32,000 bases of DNA from an uncultured Gammaproteobacteria bacterium (GTDB lineage Bacteria > Pseudomonadota > Gammaproteobacteria > Xanthomonadales > Rhodanobacteraceae): contig CAVXNP010000002.1 of NCBI GenBank assembly GCA_963763305.1, forward strand, positions 145,802-177,801. The letters run 5' to 3'. Positions 27,447 through 32,000 of the stretch are shown here, one piece after another; within the stretch, counting starts at the first letter, position 1; each line of letters begins with the position of its first letter. Made by a program: the position numbers and the translations under genes. The notes below the pieces were generated by a model. The model saw only the letters and a program-made list of their open reading frames with translations, was not told the origin of the DNA and did not search any database.

Positions 27447-27639
27447 CCCGCCCCGCGGGTGATCGGTCGACGAGGCTGGCGCACATCGCCATGCATGCGC
27501 ATCCGGGAGGGCGGCGGGCCCATGGCCCGTGCGTCGGTCCCCCGGTTCGATGCACTTCCGGCAAGCTGCCGCGGTTTGTGCTGCCCCGTCGTGCGCATCG
27601 CAGGCACAATGGTGCTCCCACCTGTCACCTGTGAGTCGC

Positions 27640-28941
27640 ATGACCCCTGCCGATGCCGCCCTCAAGCATGCCTGCCGCTTTGTCCTGTCGCGGCCACCCG
27701 CGCCACCGGTGACACAGACGCTGGCAAGGCTGGCTGCCCACCCGTCGGCAAGCGACGCGGTGGACGAGTACGGGGCCGGCGGTGCGGTGGCGCAGCTGGA
27801 ACAGGCGTCGGCCGACTGCCTGGGTCAGGAGGCAGGCCTGTTCTTCATCAAGGGCGTCACCGCCCAGCTGTGCGTGTTGCAGGCGTATGCCGACCTGCGT
27901 GGCTGTCGCAACGTGGTGATCCACCCGATGAGCCACATGGACATGGACGAGGCTGGCGCGGTGGAGCGGGTAACCGGGCTGCGCGTGATCCGCGTCGGAC
28001 GCAACGAGCCGGTGCGGCTGGCCGCCCTGCAGGCGCTGACCGAGCCACTATCGGTGGTGGTGGTGGAGTTGCCGTTGCGCCGGGCCGGCTTTCTGCTGCC
28101 GGAGTGGGACGAGCTTCGCGCCATCTCGGCATGGTGCCGCGAACGCGCCATCGGCCTGCACTTCGACGGTGCGCGGCTGTGGGAGGCGGCAGCTGGCTAC
28201 GGGGTTTCCGAGGCGGAGCTGGCCGCCCTGGCGGACAGCGTCTATGTCTCGTACTACAAGGGCCTGGGTGGGCTTGGTGGCGCGCTGGTGGCCGGCTCCG
28301 CACATTTCGTGCAATCGCTGAAGGTGTGGAAGACCCGCTACGGCGGCAATCTGGTGACCGCCTGGCCCTACGCGATCAGCGCCCTGGACGGCCTGCAGCA
28401 CCTGCGCCCGCGCATGCCCGAATTCGTGCAGCGGGCGCGCGCACTGGCTGCGGGCCTGGCGCAAGCACCCGGCGGGCTGATCGTGCAGCCGGGCCGGCCG
28501 CACACCAACGCGTTCCAGGTGTGGTTTCCCGGTGTGCCAGCAACGCTGGCCGAGCGGCATCGCGCGTTCGCCTCGGCCCATGGTTGGTGGCTGTTCGACG
28601 CATTCTCGCCCGCCCCGCTGGCCGGCCACAGCCTGGCCGAAATCCAGATCGGCCCGGCCTCGGACCAGTACAGCGTCGAACAGGCCGTGGCTGCAGTAGT
28701 GCGGTTCGCCAGCAGCGTGGCGAGACCGGCGCAGTCCTGGACGCGTCAGCGGAGGACGGCGCTGGTAGTGTCGCGCCGGCGTCAGCTGTCCGGCTTGGCA
28801 CACTTGTCGTTGGGGCATGCGAAGTCGACTTCGGCGTTGCGGCCGATGGTCAGCTTGATGTTCGGGCGCGTGTCGACCAGTTTGTCGCCTTGCTCCAGCG
28901 ACACGGAATACGTGCCCAGAGGCAACGCCCTGATGCTGTAG
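27640..28941 (+). CDS. Threonine aldolase-like / beta-eliminating lyase family PLP-dependent enzyme, with a suspicious C-terminal tail of about 70 aa
   Basis: It shows a fold-type I PLP pattern: YG.GGAV..LE...A..LG.EAGLFF.KGV.AQL, and VSYYKGLGGLGGALVAG, which is the predicted PLP-lysine region. The family-like sequence ends near ...AVAAVVRFASS. The remaining tail is Arg/Ser-rich and overlaps the convergent gene 28782..29162. Confidence 0.75.
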   Translation: MTPADAALKHACRFVLSRPPAPPVTQTLARLAAHPSASDAVDEYGAGGAVAQLEQASADCLGQEAGLFFIKGVTAQLCVLQAYADLRGCRNVVIHPMSHMDMDEAGAVERVTGLRVIRVGRNEPVRLAALQALTEPLSVVVVELPLRRAGFLLPEWDELRAISAWCRERAIGLHFDGARLWEAAAGYGVSEAELAALADSVYVSYYKGLGGLGGALVAGSAHFVQSLKVWKTRYGGNLVTAWPYAISALDGLQHLRPRMPEFVQRARALAAGLAQAPGGLIVQPGRPHTNAFQVWFPGVPATLAERHRAFASAHGWWLFDAFSPAPLAGHSLAEIQIGPASDQYSVEQAVAAVVRFASSVARPAQSWTRQRRTALVVSRRRQLSGLAHLSLGHAKSTSALRPMVSLMFGRVSTSLSPCSSDTEYVPRGNALML

Positions 28942-29162
28942 CGACCGCTGTCGTTGATGGTGGCGTGGCGGCGCATGCCCGAGGTGCTTTTCGCCAGCAC
29001 CGTCTTGCCGGCCGGGCCCCAGCCGAAAATGCTCGCGGAAGTGGCCTGGGCCTGGGCGGTACTCGATGAGGCGGCGACAAGGATGCCTGCGGATGCTGCG
29101 AATGCGAGCGTCCTGAGCGGTGCCGCCCAACGTTGTTGTCTTGCCTGTTCGTGTCCTTTCAC
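28782..29162 (-). CDS. Secreted carboxypeptidase-regulatory-like domain protein, 126 aa
   Basis: It has a signal peptide (LRTLAFAASAGILVAASSSTAQA). The beta-sandwich pattern SIFGWGPAGKTVLAKSTSGMRRHATINDSGRYSIRALPLGTYSV is typical of CarboxypepD_reg-like domains. Confidence 0.65.
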   Translation of the reverse strand: MKGHEQARQQRWAAPLRTLAFAASAGILVAASSSTAQAQATSASIFGWGPAGKTVLAKSTSGMRRHATINDSGRYSIRALPLGTYSVSLEQGDKLVDTRPNIKLTIGRNAEVDFACPNDKCAKPDS

Positions 29163-29278
29163 GCTGCTCTCTCCATGTGCGGGTAGGGGGCCGGCACGAG
29201 AATCCGTGCGCTGGCACCCACACTATATGGCCATGACAGGCAAACCGTCATCCTTGCCGCTGGAGCTTGACGCCCCGG

Positions 29279-29794
29279 CTAGCTGGCGGCGTGTCGCCTG
29301 GGCAGCTTCCATCCCGGCCGCACGAAGTGGCAGGTGTAGCCGGTGGGGTAGTGCTGCAGGTAGTCCTGGTGCTCCGGCTCGGCTTCCCAGAAGTCGCCGG
29401 CCGGCGCCACTTCGGTCACCACCTTGCCCGGCCACAGACCGGAGGCGTCGACATCGGCGATGGTCTCCTCGGCCACGCGCTTCTGCTCCTCGCTGAGGTA
29501 GTAGATGGCCGAACGGTAGCTGGCGCCGCGGTCGTTGCCCTGGCGGTCGGGCGTGCTCGGGTCGTGGATCTGGAAGAAGAATTCGAGCAGGTCGCGGTAA
29601 CTGGTACGGGCCGGATCGAACACGATCTCCACCGCCTCGGCGTGGCTGCCATGGTTGCGGTAGGTCGCGTTGGCCACGTCGCCGCCGGAGTAGCCGACCC
29701 GGGTGGAGATGACGCCGGGCTGCTGGCGCAACAGTTCCTGCACACCCCAGAAGCAGCCACCGGCGAGAATGGCGCGTTCGGTGGCCGCGCTCAT
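29279..29794 (-). CDS. msrA: Peptide-methionine (S)-S-oxide reductase MsrA, 171 aa
   Basis: It carries the GGCFWG active-site motif ([15 protein letters not shown]), followed by GYSGG....TY..V......HAE.V...FDP. Its ATG overlaps the msrB stop (ATGA, 29791..29794). Confidence 0.95.
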   Translation of the reverse strand: MSAATERAILAGGCFWGVQELLRQQPGVISTRVGYSGGDVANATYRNHGSHAEAVEIVFDPARTSYRDLLEFFFQIHDPSTPDRQGNDRGASYRSAIYYLSEEQKRVAEETIADVDASGLWPGKVVTEVAPAGDFWEAEPEHQDYLQHYPTGYTCHFVRPGWKLPRRHAAS

Positions 29795-30255
29795 GACGCC
29801 GACTCCGGGTGGCTGGCTTCGAACAGCGCGCGGTAGCTGCCGTAGCCCTCCCGCTCGAGCGCCTCCAGCGGGATGAAACGCAGGGAAGCGGAGTTGATGC
29901 AGTAGCGCAGGCCGCCAGCTTCCGGCGGACCGTCCGGAAAGACGTGGCCCAGGTGGCTGTCGCCGTGGCCCGAGCGCACCTCGGTACGGATCATGCCGTG
30001 GCTGGTGTCGCGCTTCTCGAGCACGTGATCGGGCTCCACCGGACGGGTGAAGCTGGGCCAGCCGCAGCCGCTGTCGAACTTGTCCAGCGAGGTGAACAGC
30101 GGTTCGCCCGAGACCACGTCCACGTACAACCCCGGCTCCTTGTGCTCGTGGTACGGGTTCTCGAACGGGCGCTCGGTGCCGTTCTGCTGGGTCACCCGGA
30201 ACTGTTCCGGGGTGAGGCGGGCAAGTGCTTCGGGGGTCTTGCGGTAGTCGGACAT
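29791..30255 (-). CDS. msrB: Peptide-methionine (R)-S-oxide reductase MsrB, 154 aa
   Basis: MsrB signatures are present: [36 protein letters not shown] and [10 protein letters not shown]. The two CxxC zinc-ligand pairs are absent ([11 protein letters not shown]), so this is the zinc-free MsrB form. Confidence 0.95.
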   Translation of the reverse strand: MSDYRKTPEALARLTPEQFRVTQQNGTERPFENPYHEHKEPGLYVDVVSGEPLFTSLDKFDSGCGWPSFTRPVEPDHVLEKRDTSHGMIRTEVRSGHGDSHLGHVFPDGPPEAGGLRYCINSASLRFIPLEALEREGYGSYRALFEASHPESAS

Positions 30256-30744
30256 GGGCAGCCTCGAGCGGGACGGACAATGGCCCCGCCATGACGGGGC
30301 GACTTTACCTTCCCAGACAGATGGGGCCTGTACCGGTCGTTCCAAGCACCGGACTTTGTCCCGCAAGCCGGCGCGTCGCCCGCACCCGGGCAAGGACGGC
30401 GGCCTGTTCCCGCCACCCGGGTGCATGGGGGTGGACCTGTTCCTGGGCTGCCCCTTGGCCCCCGGCGTTTCGTGGTCCGGGAACGGCGCACGGTCGGGCC
30501 GTGTCGGCTGGCCCGCAATCGGGTCCGGTTGCGGCCTTGGAGCCAGCCGCAGCCGGCGCCGGGGTGCGCTCTGTTCCGGTTGTCCGGAACAGCCCATGGC
30601 ACGCTCATGCGTACTGCCCGGGTGACCGCGGCGACGCCCGCGGAGCGCGAGACGGATGTGGCGTCCGGCCCATGCGCCGGGGGCTGGATCAAACTAGAGT
30701 GTCGCCAGGCTTTTCGACGCGCCGGCACCCCCAGGAGACCTCGC

Positions 30745-31242
30745 ATGCGCATCCCGGTCAGACCCGGATCCACCCCGATCGCGGCCGCCGTGCTGCTGTT
30801 GCTGGTTGGCGCAGCCCGGGCGGGCAGCTCCGCAGACATGGCCCATCGAGCGGTGCTGGCCACGGTCGATGCCCTTTTCAGCGCGATGGCAACGCACGAC
30901 GTGGAGGCTTCGCGCAGGCTGTTCGTACCGGGCGCCACCTTGATCGTGGTGCGGGCCGACGGCACGGTGGTGACCGAACATGACCGCGACTACCTGGGCG
31001 CGCTGGCCACCCAGACCGGTCAGTGGCGCGAGCGGATCCGGAACCCGCAGGTGCTGGTTCGCGGCGACCTGGCGCAGGTGTGGGCGCCCTACGACTTCCA
31101 TCTGGACGGCAAACTGTCCCACTGCGGCACGGACAGCTTCACCCTGGTGCACGGCAACGGCGGCTGGCGCATCGCGTCAATCAGCTACACCGTGCAGAAG
31201 CAGGGATGCGTCTGGCCGACAGCCGGAGGCACCGCGAGGTAG
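30745..31242 (+). CDS. Secreted NTF2-like (SnoaL/DUF4440-like) protein, 165 aa
   Basis: The ATG at 30745 is preceded by AGGAGA. It has a signal peptide (AAAVLLLLVGAARAG). The pattern VDALFSAMATHDVEASRRLF.PGATL......G........DLAQVWAPYDF...G...HCG.DSFTLV...GGWRIASISYT fits an NTF2-like fold family. Confidence 0.65.
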   Translation: MRIPVRPGSTPIAAAVLLLLVGAARAGSSADMAHRAVLATVDALFSAMATHDVEASRRLFVPGATLIVVRADGTVVTEHDRDYLGALATQTGQWRERIRNPQVLVRGDLAQVWAPYDFHLDGKLSHCGTDSFTLVHGNGGWRIASISYTVQKQGCVWPTAGGTAR

Positions 31243-31325
31243 CGTCGGTCGCCGCGGTTCAGTGGCGACCGCGGCCGGCGTCGGGCAAGCTGGCGCCCGG
31301 GCGCTCGGCCCGGGGGAGGATGGAC

Positions 31326-31910
<585 letters not shown>

Positions 31911-32000
31911 GGTGTCAGTCCGTGGCAGGCCGGGCGTGTCAAAGGGTCTGCGCAAAAAGCCGCAACAGTGCCGGCCAGTGCCGCGCTGCGGCCGCCGGGT

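Noticed and set aside
27541-27560. A GGTTCGAT string resembles a tRNA T-loop.
   Set aside because: There is no matching acceptor or anticodon stem context around it, and the following bases do not complete a T-arm (GGTTCGATGCACTTCC). I see no tRNA anywhere in the window.
31954-31992. A possible minus-strand terminator at the window edge, GCCGCA...TGCGGC followed by TTTTT.
   Set aside because: The stem is only 6 bp with a 22-nt loop, and the gene it would terminate lies outside the window. This is too weak to call.

Overview
This is a high-GC (roughly two-thirds G+C by eye) chromosomal window. Protein signatures suggest a Xanthomonadales or Rhodanobacteraceae-like gammaproteobacterium, but that is an inference and no search was run. 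I call about 31 protein-coding genes on both strands, and all family assignments come from motif recognition, not database hits. There are no rRNA, tRNA or CRISPR features, and no transposase, integrase or phage genes. I see no defence-island architecture and no convincing novel multi-gene system. The content is ordinary chromosome with a loose redox and envelope-stress theme. It includes a translationally coupled di-haem cytochrome c peroxidase and cytochrome b561 pair, msrB-msrA, GST, TspO, an MscS-like channel, TerC, a subclass B3 metallo-beta-lactamase, a PAS hybrid histidine kinase, and AraC and winged-helix/TPR regulators. The observations most worth a second look are these. (1) A 49-aa ORF with 11 Cys, metallothionein-like, sits downstream of the AraC regulator and is easily missed. 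(2) An FNR/Anr/Dnr-type box, TTGAT-N4-GTCAA, lies in the ccpA/tspO divergent region. (3) A PNGase A-family glycoamidase gene is split by a +1 frameshift. (4) A decayed methyltransferase relic lies in a 444-bp gap. (5) One lipoprotein fuses a DUF4232-like domain to MliC. (6) Two convergent genes overlap by 160 bp. (7) Two long, heavily structured intergenic regions lie upstream of TerC and of msrBA. The many very long ORFs antisense to real genes are high-GC artefacts.
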